A stretch of 64,000 nt of DNA from a virus, in IMG/VR virus record IMGVR_UViG_3300025769_012879, positions 32,001 through 96,000 of that record; one strand, 5' to 3'. How positions within the stretch are numbered: position 1 is the first letter of the stretch; each line of letters opens with the position of its first letter. Position numbers and translations under genes: made by a program. The notes under the pieces are model-generated. The model did no database searches. It saw nothing but the letters and a program-made list of their open reading frames with translations, and had not been told where the DNA came from. Below are positions 51,643-60,625 of the stretch, piece after piece.

Positions 51643-52234
51643 TATTGATGAAATCAAAGTTAAGATTGATGAGGAAAAACCAGATAAGATTACTATATCT
51701 GTTGTTGAACCACAACCAACATCAATTGATGTAAGTGTTGAACCCATTCCATCACAACCAATTTCATTAGATATTCGACGAACATTAGATAATAATTACA
51801 TTATTTATGATCACCCACTTTTTGATATTGTAATCAATCCAGACAAAAAGAAGATCATGACTTTTGTGAAAAAATTCTCTAAGACAGAAGCGTACCCTCA
51901 CCAAGATTCATTTTTTAATTTTTTAAAGCATAGGGGTGTTATTTTGCCCGACACTGTTAAGGGTGGAAATATTTTTGGCAGCATTGAAGCAACTTATCCA
52001 GCAAATAAAAAAATTGATGTCATTAAAGTAGTTCTTTTAAATATTTTTATGTTCTTTAGAGAAGAGTTACCAGCGCTTAAGAAAGTGCTTGATTATGATT
52101 TTGAAGTTGATAAAATGCTTGTAGACCCAGACGCAGAGGACAGCACAGAATACGGCGAAGTCCCACAGCAGAAAAAGAAAGGTACAATGGATCCTTTCTA
52201 TACACAATACTACGGTTTACTTTACAGGATATAA
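51635..52234 (+). CDS. Head-region hypothetical protein
   Basis: Overlaps previous ORF; about 199 aa. Confidence 0.65.
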   Translation: MISIDEIKVKIDEEKPDKITISVVEPQPTSIDVSVEPIPSQPISLDIRRTLDNNYIIYDHPLFDIVINPDKKKIMTFVKKFSKTEAYPHQDSFFNFLKHRGVILPDTVKGGNIFGSIEATYPANKKIDVIKVVLLNIFMFFREELPALKKVLDYDFEVDKMLVDPDAEDSTEYGEVPQQKKKGTMDPFYTQYYGLLYRI

Positions 52235-52531
52235 ATGTCTTTACTTTGGTTCGTATTAACGTGTTATGGTTTAACACAAATTTTGGTATATGGTTCAATT
52301 TTTAATGGTATAAGACCCAAATATGGTTTTTTAGGTGATTTACTAAAATGCCCCATGTGTACAGGATTTTGGGTTGGTGCATTAGTTTTTCTAATTTCGC
52401 CTTGTACTGAACTATTTACTTTTGAGTATAATATAATCAACATGCTTTTATGCGGTTGGTTGAGTTCAGGGACATCATATGTGCTCTGTACTGTTTTCGG
52501 AGACGAGGGAATAAATGTCAAAGGGAATTAA
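52235..52531 (+). CDS. Small membrane protein with CxxC (DUF1360-like)
   Basis: LGDLLKCPMCTGFWVG between hydrophobic helices. Confidence 0.7.
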   Translation: MSLLWFVLTCYGLTQILVYGSIFNGIRPKYGFLGDLLKCPMCTGFWVGALVFLISPCTELFTFEYNIINMLLCGWLSSGTSYVLCTVFGDEGINVKGN

Positions 52532-52625
52532 CAATTACGTTGAAACTAAGTGGATGCTCCAACCTCCACGCCTTTGCTGCAAGGGCAGTTGTATCGGGCG
52601 GGTGACGCCCGCAGGAGAATTTTGA
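52515..52625 (+). CDS. Small Cys-rich ORF absent from the track (36 aa, MSKGINNYVETKWMLQPPRLCCKGSCIGRVTPAGEF)
   Basis: GAGG upstream; overlaps previous gene; TGA overlaps next ATG (TGATG). Confidence 0.5.
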   Translation: MSKGINNYVETKWMLQPPRLCCKGSCIGRVTPAGEF

Positions 52626-53005
52626 TGAATCTAAGTGAGATTAAAAAGATGGTCATAACATCTCTCATTCAAGAGAGAGTTGGTTATTACGGTGCTATGG
52701 ACGGTGATGCCGGTGGTGCTGCTGATACACCCGATATTCAGGGCATTGTTGATGATGCTGAAAAAGAAATAAAGCAGATGATTGCCGCTCAAGGCAATAT
52801 CATTGACGCTGTTGCAGCAGAGATCGCTGAAATCGCAGGACCTGCATTGGTTCAGGCAGGCGTTCCAGGTGGAGATGTTGTTAAATTAGTATCAGACTTT
52901 TTAACTCACATGCATAGTGCAGTCGATGATGCAAAAAAGAAAAGAGAGCAAGTTGGCGCAGAACCATCCACACCAGAATTAAACACAAAAGTGGAGGACG
53001 AATAA
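52625..53005 (+). CDS. Head-region hypothetical protein
   Basis: AGGAG RBS before ATG 52625; MNLSEIKKMVITSLIQE. Confidence 0.65.
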   Translation: MNLSEIKKMVITSLIQERVGYYGAMDGDAGGAADTPDIQGIVDDAEKEIKQMIAAQGNIIDAVAAEIAEIAGPALVQAGVPGGDVVKLVSDFLTHMHSAVDDAKKKREQVGAEPSTPELNTKVEDE

Positions 53006-53620
53006 ATGTCTGACAAGGTATTATTAAGAGAATATTATGCCCTTTGTGAAGGTGGATACTGTCAAGATCTTTTAACTGAGGCAGAAAAGCAAGATATCAA
53101 AAAAAATAACGCTTGGTATCTAACTGGTATTTTACAAAAGGGTAATACCAAAAACGGTAATGGTAGAAAGTATCCATCTCACGTTCTTGAAAGAGAGATG
53201 AAAAACTACGATATGCTTATCAAGCAGAAGAGAGCATTCGGTGAGTTGGACCACCCAGACACATCAGTTGTTGATTTAAAGAATGCATCGCACATGGTTA
53301 CTCGTTATTGGATGGATGGTGATACCGTCATGGGTGCTATTAAGATTTTAGATACTCCCTGTGGTGAGATCGTAAAAGGCATTGTTAAATCAGGTGGTCA
53401 AGTTGGTATTTCATCAAGAGGTCTTGGATCTGTTGTAAATGAGTCAAACGGTACAAGCATTGTTCAAGAAGATTTTACTTTAATCTGCTTTGATATTGTT
53501 GCTGATCCATCAACTCCAGGTGCATTCATGAACCCACAAAAAATTAGGGAGTCAAAAGAGTTAAAGGTTCACGATAAAGATTATCGTGTGAACTCATTAC
53601 TAAACTCAATTTTGGATTAA
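53006..53620 (+). CDS. Prohead maturation protease (T4 gp21-like)
   Basis: NGNGRKYP, GELDHP, ASH, GISSRGLGS, FDIVADPSTPGAF. Confidence 0.93.
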   Translation: MSDKVLLREYYALCEGGYCQDLLTEAEKQDIKKNNAWYLTGILQKGNTKNGNGRKYPSHVLEREMKNYDMLIKQKRAFGELDHPDTSVVDLKNASHMVTRYWMDGDTVMGAIKILDTPCGEIVKGIVKSGGQVGISSRGLGSVVNESNGTSIVQEDFTLICFDIVADPSTPGAFMNPQKIRESKELKVHDKDYRVNSLLNSILD

Positions 53621-53621
53621 A

Positions 53622-54041
53622 ATGAAGAAAGAACAATTTAAGAAAATGTTGAAACCCATTATCAAAGAGTGTATTCAAGAGGCACTAGTTGAGTCAAATT
53701 TAATTTCAGGAATCATCTCTGAGGTTGTAAAGGGAATGGGCGCTCAACCACAGCAGGCACAAATCACTGAGCAAAAGAAAAAATATGAGAGTGATGAAGA
53801 TGCAAAGAAAAGACGCCAAGCAAAAGAGAAAAAGTTGAATAAAACAAGAAAAACTCTTTTAGGCGCAATTAATAAAGATGCTTACGGTGGTGTTGATTTA
53901 TTTGAAGGCACAACACCAATGCAAGAATCAAAATCAGGCGGTCCAGGCAGCGCACTTGCAGGTGTTGCACCAGATGATGCTGGTATTGATATTTCAGGAA
54001 TTTTAAACATTGGCGGCGATAAGTGGTCAAAATTAATATGA
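53622..54041 (+). CDS. Head-region hypothetical protein
   Basis: MKKEQFKKMLKPIIKECIQEAL; 1 nt after the protease gene. Confidence 0.7.
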   Translation: MKKEQFKKMLKPIIKECIQEALVESNLISGIISEVVKGMGAQPQQAQITEQKKKYESDEDAKKRRQAKEKKLNKTRKTLLGAINKDAYGGVDLFEGTTPMQESKSGGPGSALAGVAPDDAGIDISGILNIGGDKWSKLI

Positions 54042-54048
54042 GGTTAAA

Positions 54049-54273
54049 ATGAGTGCAACTAACGTCCATGTGACAGCAAGAAGAAACGAATCAGGTGAAG
54101 CGCTAATCAAAAGATTTAGCAGAAAGGTAAAGAGAGAGGGGATTATCGAAGAGTGCAAAAAAAGAATGTACTATGAAAAACCCTCTGTAAAAAGAAGAAG
54201 AGATAAGTTAAGAAGAAAAAGAGTTTTAAAGAAACTATTTATGAAACAGAGCGGAGAGAAAGATGTCAGATAA
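54049..54273 (+). CDS. rpsU: Phage-encoded 30S ribosomal protein bS21
   Basis: ESGEALIKRFSRKVKREGIIEECKKRMYYEKPSVKRRR matches the bS21 pattern; GAGGT RBS. Confidence 0.88.
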   Translation: MSATNVHVTARRNESGEALIKRFSRKVKREGIIEECKKRMYYEKPSVKRRRDKLRRKRVLKKLFMKQSGEKDVR

Positions 54274-54730
54274 CGGAAACATCCAAGCAAATACAAGTTA
54301 TGCAGATCAAAGATTTCAGTATAACAGTCCCGGTGTTGGCGCAGTTGGTCAATACCAGACCAGTGGTATTCCATATGCCACCGCATCTGTTCTTGTTCAG
54401 AGTATTCTGAATGGTGAAGGTGCCACAGAGGTCCCATTCCCATATGTTACAAAGTTTGTAACAGTTGTAAATGAACACAGTGGTTCATCAGCAAAACTCA
54501 GAGTTGGTTTTAGCGCAGCAGGAATTACTGGATCGGGTGCTCCATCTGGACATGGAGACAATTACTTTATATTAGATAACGGTGAATCATACACTGGTGA
54601 ATTTAGAGTATCAAAAGTTTTTATTGCAGGTGATTCATCTGCAACAACCGCTTCTGTAATTGCTGGCATGACTGGCATTCCATCAACCAAACTAAAAACT
54701 AACTGGTCAGGAACCTCTGGAGTAGGTTAA
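54263..54730 (+). CDS. Putative head decoration/structural protein
   Basis: Ser/Gly/Thr-rich beta protein; CTATTTA at 54235 lies 28 nt upstream. Confidence 0.55.
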   Translation: MSDNGNIQANTSYADQRFQYNSPGVGAVGQYQTSGIPYATASVLVQSILNGEGATEVPFPYVTKFVTVVNEHSGSSAKLRVGFSAAGITGSGAPSGHGDNYFILDNGESYTGEFRVSKVFIAGDSSATTASVIAGMTGIPSTKLKTNWSGTSGVG

Positions 54731-56058
54731 TGATAATAAGTGGCTTCGGCGGAAAAGGCGGGTCTTTATCAAGTCGTTCTTCTGGAGTTACCACTGAAGA
54801 AGATAAGTCCGGTGGATTTTTAAACATTGTAAAATCTATTGCTGGGGATGACTTACTTTTTTGTTTAGATCCAGGTTCAATTACTGTTGATATTGGTCAA
54901 ACAGTAAATGAGTGGTTTGATTCGCTTGGAGCATTTGATACTCACTTCACAGCACAAGATGTTGCAAACCGCAAACCTTCTTTTAGTTTATACAACAATA
55001 AACCAGTTCTCGACTTTGACGGCACTAACAATGCTTTTAGATCAGCAGCAGTTGTTTCGCAACTAAATAATAAAAAAGCATTATCTTTGATTTATTTTGC
55101 AAAAGTAAATGGTGGCAGCGGTTTTAAAACAATTTTAGAACTTGATGCTTTGTGGTACAATGTAAACGGGTTTACAGCAGGCGTCGAACGCGATGCGGCT
55201 GATTATACAATATATAATGCACAAGACCAACACCCAGATGGACTCAACACAGGCGGCGTTGCTGGCAGCAACGGAACAAATGTTGATGTTGATTTACCAA
55301 TAGTTCATGGCGTTGTTTATAATCGCAACGGCGCAGGCGGCTCTGCTGGCACAACCACAAGACCATTTGTAAATGGTGTTGCAATGACAGCCGCACAAAC
55401 TTACACAGGCGGCAACACATACAACATTGATAGTGCCTGGGTAAGTGATAAATTGCTTTTCATGGGTGCTCGCGGCACAACAGTACTTAACTTCAATGGT
55501 TCAATTGGAACATTTATCGCTGTCACAAGAGCCCTTACAGACGACGAAATGGGAAGGTTGTCGAGAGCAGTTTTAAGAAAACATAACTTAGGAACTGATG
55601 CTCCCGCGATTCCTGCTCCCTCTGGAGGAGGTGGCGATAGTGGAGTCACTTATAATATTGATGAGGTCGCAGGGCAGAACATTACAGACACCGCTGGTAC
55701 TCTTTACGATGATGGCGGTCCAACTGGTACTTATTCACAAACCGACTACACAACTTACATTGTTCCAGGCGCAGGTAAGAAAGTTGTAATTACAATGAGA
55801 GAGTTTGAAATGGGTCCTGGCGACGGCAACTTTAACGAAAAATTACGTTTCTTTAATACCACTTCAGGTATTCTAAACTTCTACGGTAGTATGACAGATG
55901 GAGGATCCAATGCTCCAACACAAGATCAAGTTATTAATGGTGTTGATGGCGGTACAGTTACCATTATCTTTGACCAGTCAGGTTATTATGGCGCAGGCGG
56001 GTTCTTTAGTCAGGACGCCGAAGGATTTAAATTAACTTGGGAAATAGTTGATGTGTAA
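54730..56058 (+). CDS. Putative head fibre/adhesin: LamG-like lectin domain plus C-terminal CUB-like domain
   Basis: NNKPVLDFDG, FNGSIG..IAV.RAL; Pro/Gly linker; AGTLYDDGGPTGTY...VVITMREFE...EGFKLTWE. Confidence 0.65.
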   Translation: MIISGFGGKGGSLSSRSSGVTTEEDKSGGFLNIVKSIAGDDLLFCLDPGSITVDIGQTVNEWFDSLGAFDTHFTAQDVANRKPSFSLYNNKPVLDFDGTNNAFRSAAVVSQLNNKKALSLIYFAKVNGGSGFKTILELDALWYNVNGFTAGVERDAADYTIYNAQDQHPDGLNTGGVAGSNGTNVDVDLPIVHGVVYNRNGAGGSAGTTTRPFVNGVAMTAAQTYTGGNTYNIDSAWVSDKLLFMGARGTTVLNFNGSIGTFIAVTRALTDDEMGRLSRAVLRKHNLGTDAPAIPAPSGGGGDSGVTYNIDEVAGQNITDTAGTLYDDGGPTGTYSQTDYTTYIVPGAGKKVVITMREFEMGPGDGNFNEKLRFFNTTSGILNFYGSMTDGGSNAPTQDQVINGVDGGTVTIIFDQSGYYGAGGFFSQDAEGFKLTWEIVDV

Positions 56059-56075
56059 TAATAGGAATAAATAAT

Positions 56076-56315
56076 ATGTCTACATGCCCACAACCAATAA
56101 CTTATTATATCCAAACTGAATCTATTGCAGGTCAGGTAGGAATACAAATAGAGAAAAATTTTACAAAATACAGAGTTATTGGTATTTGGGGACATGTCAC
56201 TCCACCACCCTCTGTTGAGTGGATACAAACAGAGTGGCACGGATTTGATGTTCACGAGTGGGTCACCTCGTTAGGTTATGTCTTTGTACCAATACTTCCC
56301 CGCCCAATTCCATAA
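56076..56315 (+). CDS. Small hypothetical protein
   Basis: 79-aa ORF with AGGA RBS. Confidence 0.55.
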   Translation: MSTCPQPITYYIQTESIAGQVGIQIEKNFTKYRVIGIWGHVTPPPSVEWIQTEWHGFDVHEWVTSLGYVFVPILPRPIP

Positions 56316-56334
56316 AGCATTTTACCTTTTTTAC

Positions 56335-56350
56335 AACTATTTATTGTAGC
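56335..56350 (+). promoter_or_regulatory. Candidate late promoter AACTATTTATTGTAGC (scaffold-capsid unit)
   Basis: Identical 16-mer at 62107-62122. Confidence 0.65.
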
Positions 56351-56369
56351 GTAAATTAGGAGTTTACTT

Positions 56370-57392
56370 ATGTCATCTATGTTAGAACAAGCAATTATCG
56401 ACGCAACTGCCCTTAGAGAAGCAGCAATTAAGAGCGCTGAACAAGCAGTTGTAGAAAAATATTCAACCGATATTAAAGAAGCAGTTGAGAAACTTATGGA
56501 AGAAAATGATTTCGAAGAGAATAAGACTGTTGATGAGCAGATTGTAGAGGCAGATGAGAAGGGCAGAGGTTATGCTTTTGCTGAAGACACTGAACTAAGC
56601 GATCTTGAGGCACATGAGGTGGTTGACATTGATGTTAAATCTCTCTTTGAGCAAGTTCAAAAAGAACAACTTCAAGAAGAAGTTGAATTGGAAGAAGATA
56701 TTTTTGAAGAAGAATACGATCTAAGTGAAATAGTTGATGAAGTTTCTGATGTCTTAGACGAAATGGGTGACACCGATGAGCAACTTGAAGACATGGTAGA
56801 ACTTGAAGAAGAGTTGGAAGAGTCAATGAAGTTTGACTTTGATCCAGTTCCAGAGGGACAAACAACCGCTTTTGGTGCAACAAGGGCACAGCAGGCAGAA
56901 CAAGCAATGTTAATGGACGTCATGCTCGCCGTTGAAGAAGAGAACTCTAAATTAGAAAGCAAGAACGAATCTTTGGTTAAGACCAATAAAGAATTAACTG
57001 AGTCTAACCAAAAACTAAAAGAAACCGTGCAGAATATTGCAGATAAGTTTGAAGAGATCAAACTAGTAAACAGCAAGTTGTTCTACACAAACAAAACTTT
57101 AATGGACGACTCCCTGAATGAGCGACAAAAGGGTAACCTTGTCGAGTCCATTAATAACGCTCAGACATCTGAGCAAGCGAAGATTGTCTATGAAACTCTA
57201 AAAAGCACAGTGGGCAATGCTACTACAAATAAGCAACCGGAATCATTGAGTGAGGCAGTAGGCAAGCGATCTTCAACATCTTTATTGCTAAAAGCAAGAA
57301 AAAGCGACGAAAAGCAAGTTGTTAACGAAGGTAACATCTTTGCTGATCGTATGCAAATTTTAGCAGGCATTAAACATCAAAAGGAGGATTAA
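56370..57392 (+). CDS. Prohead core/scaffolding protein
   Basis: Very acidic coiled coil directly upstream of MCP; ends RMQILAGI. Confidence 0.8.
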   Translation: MSSMLEQAIIDATALREAAIKSAEQAVVEKYSTDIKEAVEKLMEENDFEENKTVDEQIVEADEKGRGYAFAEDTELSDLEAHEVVDIDVKSLFEQVQKEQLQEEVELEEDIFEEEYDLSEIVDEVSDVLDEMGDTDEQLEDMVELEEELEESMKFDFDPVPEGQTTAFGATRAQQAEQAMLMDVMLAVEEENSKLESKNESLVKTNKELTESNQKLKETVQNIADKFEEIKLVNSKLFYTNKTLMDDSLNERQKGNLVESINNAQTSEQAKIVYETLKSTVGNATTNKQPESLSEAVGKRSSTSLLLKARKSDEKQVVNEGNIFADRMQILAGIKHQKED

Positions 57393-57395
57393 ACA

Positions 57396-59234
57396 ATGTC
57401 AAACATAGTCGAAAGATTAACAGAAAACATCGTTGCTCGTGACCTCCGTCAAGAAGGCGCTGCCCTAGTTTCCAAATGGGAAAAAACAGGTCTACTTGAG
57501 GGTCTCGGTGATGATAGAACAAAGGACAACATGTCCCGTCTCTTAGAGAACCAAGCCAAGGAACTTCTACGTGAGGCTTCCACAATGGCAGCAGGTGATG
57601 TCGAAGGTTTCGCCGCCGTCGCATTCCCAATCGTCCGTCGTGTATTCGGCGGTCTACTCGCTAACGATCTCGTTAGTGTTCAACCAATGAGTCTACCAAG
57701 TGGTCTCATCTTCTTCCTAGACTTCCAGAAGGCAAATGCCCGTCTAGGTGATGACGCTGCTGATTCCGTTTACGGTGGTGGCGTTGTTGGTCAGGCAATC
57801 ACAGGTGGTGTATCACTAACCGGTCGTAACGCTGAAAAGTCACTTTACAGTCTAAACAACGGTTACTCCTCACCAGTTTCCGGTGCAGTAACTGACATGA
57901 ACGTCGGTCTAGAAGTTGTCGCTTCAGGTGCTATCGACTCATCAGGTCTATTCCAGTTCATGGATAACGATCCTGCTGACCAGATCACAATCGAAGAGGC
58001 AAGAAGAATTCTTCGTTACGATCCAGATCTACCATCAGGAACTGGTATCATCATCGCTGAGGGTGAGGCAACTGACTTACCACAACTCAACCGTGATGAC
58101 TTGGTTGCTATTTCTTACCGTGACGAGAATGGTGCAGTCCTATCAGGTACTGCTGCTCAGTTCTCACTAACACAGGTTCGTCGTTTGACCACCTATGCTA
58201 CTGCTTCAAACGGTACACCAAACAACGCTAGAATCTTCTCAGTGTTCACCACAACTGCTTCCGTTAACGTAGCAAATGATTCTACTGCTCTTCTTGACGC
58301 TGCTGCCAACATTCCAGTTGATCAGACAGTCGCAAGAGTTCAGTACGCTACTGCTGATAACTTCGCAACAGGATTGGGCGATCCCGGTTCAGTCGCTGGT
58401 ACAGCAAGTTGGTTGCTAGAAGGTGACGTTGAGGGTGCTGCCCCAACATTTGGTGATGTAAGCAATGAGATCCCAGAGATCGACATCAAAGTAGATTCAG
58501 TTGCTGTAACAGCAGTAACTAAGAAACTACGTGCTAAGTGGTCACCAGAGTTAGGTCAAGACCTAAACGCTTACCACAACCTCGACGCCGAGGTAGAGTT
58601 AACTGGTATTCTTTCTGAGCAGGTCGCTCTAGAAATCGATCGTGAGATCCTAGAAGACCTCATCAAGAGAGCAACTGCCGGTACACTACACTGGTCACGT
58701 CAACCCGGTCGTTTCGTTAACCGCGAGACTGGTGCTGATTTAGAGGAAGCCAGTTCCTCAACTGGTTACCCAGAGTTTACTGGTACCGTTTCTGAGTGGT
58801 ACGAGACCCTCATTGAGACAATCAATGACGTTTCTGCTCGTATCCACAGAAAGACACTTCGCGGTGGTGCTAACTTCCTAGTTTGCTCACCAGAAGTTGC
58901 CAACATCCTTGAGTTCACCGCTGGTTTCCGCGCAAGCGTCAGCGTTGATTCAAATGGTACCGCTGGTGCTGTAAACGTTGGTTCAATCTCTAAGAAGTTT
59001 GACGTATACGTCGACCCATACTTCCCACGTAACGTAGTTCTCGTTGGTCGTAAGGGTGCTAGTTTCCTAGAGAGCGGTTACGTTTACGCTCCATACGTCC
59101 CACTACAGGTCACTCCAACCATCTTTGGTACAGAGGACTTTGCACCACGTAAGGGTGTAATGACTCGCTACGCCAAGAAGATGGTTCGTCCTGACATGTA
59201 CGGTCTAGTAATTTGCCATAACTTGGTTGGTTAA
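57396..59234 (+). CDS. Major capsid protein (T4 gp23-like)
   Basis: KWEKTGLLEG, LLENQ, VSVQPM..PSGLIF, KLRAKWSPE..QDL.AYH..DAE.EL, EIDREI, YAPYVPL, GVMTRY; AAGGAGG RBS. Confidence 0.96.
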   Translation: MSNIVERLTENIVARDLRQEGAALVSKWEKTGLLEGLGDDRTKDNMSRLLENQAKELLREASTMAAGDVEGFAAVAFPIVRRVFGGLLANDLVSVQPMSLPSGLIFFLDFQKANARLGDDAADSVYGGGVVGQAITGGVSLTGRNAEKSLYSLNNGYSSPVSGAVTDMNVGLEVVASGAIDSSGLFQFMDNDPADQITIEEARRILRYDPDLPSGTGIIIAEGEATDLPQLNRDDLVAISYRDENGAVLSGTAAQFSLTQVRRLTTYATASNGTPNNARIFSVFTTTASVNVANDSTALLDAAANIPVDQTVARVQYATADNFATGLGDPGSVAGTASWLLEGDVEGAAPTFGDVSNEIPEIDIKVDSVAVTAVTKKLRAKWSPELGQDLNAYHNLDAEVELTGILSEQVALEIDREILEDLIKRATAGTLHWSRQPGRFVNRETGADLEEASSSTGYPEFTGTVSEWYETLIETINDVSARIHRKTLRGGANFLVCSPEVANILEFTAGFRASVSVDSNGTAGAVNVGSISKKFDVYVDPYFPRNVVLVGRKGASFLESGYVYAPYVPLQVTPTIFGTEDFAPRKGVMTRYAKKMVRPDMYGLVICHNLVG

Positions 59235-59258
59235 TTGCTAATGCGTAGTTAAGGGTTG

Positions 59259-59295
59259 CCCCTCATCCGTTTCGACGGGTGGGGGGTTTCTCTTT
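59259..59295 (+). terminator. Rho-independent terminator after the major capsid gene
   Basis: CCCCTCATCCGT-TTCG-ACGGGTGGGGGG: 12-bp stem with 2 G-U pairs and UUCG loop, followed by TTTCTCTTT. Confidence 0.88.
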
Positions 59296-59300
59296 AATAA

Positions 59301-59310
59301 AACTATTTAG
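59301..59310 (+). promoter_or_regulatory. Candidate late promoter AACTATTTAG
   Basis: Immediately after the terminator; core 27 nt before ATG 59330. Confidence 0.6.
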
Positions 59311-59329
59311 ATAGTAGGAGATTACGTGA

Positions 59330-60619
59330 ATGTCAGTACCAGATTTAACACCGTTAAGTAATTCAAGCAAAGTAATTTTGCCAATTACAGGAACACCCGA
59401 TAATGTAAATGCTTCAAGCAACCCATTACCATTTGGTTTTTATATGCAAGGACCAGATTCCGCAGCATTTGCTTCAGGTGCAGCAGATCAGGTTAGTTTT
59501 GTTTACAAGAAATTAGGTGGCGATGTATTAGATATTGAATTAACTCAATACAATGTTTATGCAGCATATGAAGAAGCAGTGTTGGAATATTCATACTTGG
59601 TAAACATTCACCAAGCAAAGAACTCGTTAAACAACCTACTTGGCGCTACAACCGCTTCTTTTGATGAAGACGGACAGATTGTCGCTGGTGATGCTTTAAG
59701 CGGTTCTAACATCGAAATGGCGCTTCCTAGATATACGTTTGATTACACAAGAAGAGTTGCTGAAGGCATTGCTTCTGAAGCGGGTGCTGGTGGTGGTTTA
59801 ACTTACTATACAGCATCATTTGTTCCAACTGCTAGTGTGCAAGATTACGATTTACAGCAAATCGTTAGTTCATCAATTACAAATGGAACGTTGACATTAA
59901 ACAGCGGCGACACAGTTGGCGATAATAAAATTATTATTAGAAACGTTTATTACAAAACACCAAGATCAATGTGGAGATTCTTTGCATATTATGGTGGTTT
60001 GAATGTTATTGGTAACTTATCAACATATGGTCAATATGCTGACGATTCAACTTTTGAAATTGTTCCAACTTGGCAGAACAAACTTCAGGCAATAATGTAT
60101 GAAGATTCAATTTACACCAGAACTTCACACTATTCATACGAAGTTATTAATAATAAATTAAGATTGTTCCCAACTCCAAGCACTGTTGGTTCACCAGATA
60201 GATTTTATTTTAGATTTACTGTAAAGAAAGATTCATTTGAGGAATATCCAGATCGTAAAACTGGAACAAAGGGTGTCAATAACATGAACAACCTACCATT
60301 CCAGAATATTCCATATGCATCAATCAACTCAATTGGTAAGCAATGGATTCGTAGATTTGCTCTAGCACTTTGCAAGGAAATGCTTGGACAGATCAGAGGA
60401 AAGATGGGCAACGCCGTTCCACTTCCAGGTGGTAACATTACACTTAATGCACCTTCTTTGTTGGCAGAAGCAGCAAAAGAAATGGGTGATTTAAGAACAG
60501 AACTTAAGACAGTATTAGACGAATTAACTTATGAGAAATTGTTAACAAAAGACTCTAATATGACCAAGGCAACTGCGGAAACACTCAAACAAGTCCCAGT
60601 TCCATTATTTGTAGGGTAA
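59330..60619 (+). CDS. Neck/head-tail adaptor protein (T4 gp13-like)
   Basis: KKLGGDVLDIEL, WIRRFALALCKEMLGQIRGK, PGGNITLN..L..EA. Confidence 0.8.
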   Translation: MSVPDLTPLSNSSKVILPITGTPDNVNASSNPLPFGFYMQGPDSAAFASGAADQVSFVYKKLGGDVLDIELTQYNVYAAYEEAVLEYSYLVNIHQAKNSLNNLLGATTASFDEDGQIVAGDALSGSNIEMALPRYTFDYTRRVAEGIASEAGAGGGLTYYTASFVPTASVQDYDLQQIVSSSITNGTLTLNSGDTVGDNKIIIRNVYYKTPRSMWRFFAYYGGLNVIGNLSTYGQYADDSTFEIVPTWQNKLQAIMYEDSIYTRTSHYSYEVINNKLRLFPTPSTVGSPDRFYFRFTVKKDSFEEYPDRKTGTKGVNNMNNLPFQNIPYASINSIGKQWIRRFALALCKEMLGQIRGKMGNAVPLPGGNITLNAPSLLAEAAKEMGDLRTELKTVLDELTYEKLLTKDSNMTKATAETLKQVPVPLFVG

Positions 60620-60625
60620 TAAAGA

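Noticed and set aside
52550-52624. N-terminal extension of the 52625 ORF from GTG 52550, or readthrough from the DUF1360-like gene
   Set aside because: Three in-frame stops follow the DUF1360-like gene, and the clear RBS precedes ATG 52625
56332-56348. Inverted repeat TACAA-CTATTTA-TTGTA around the promoter motif
   Set aside because: Only 5 bp, AT-rich, and not preserved in the otherwise identical copy at 62107
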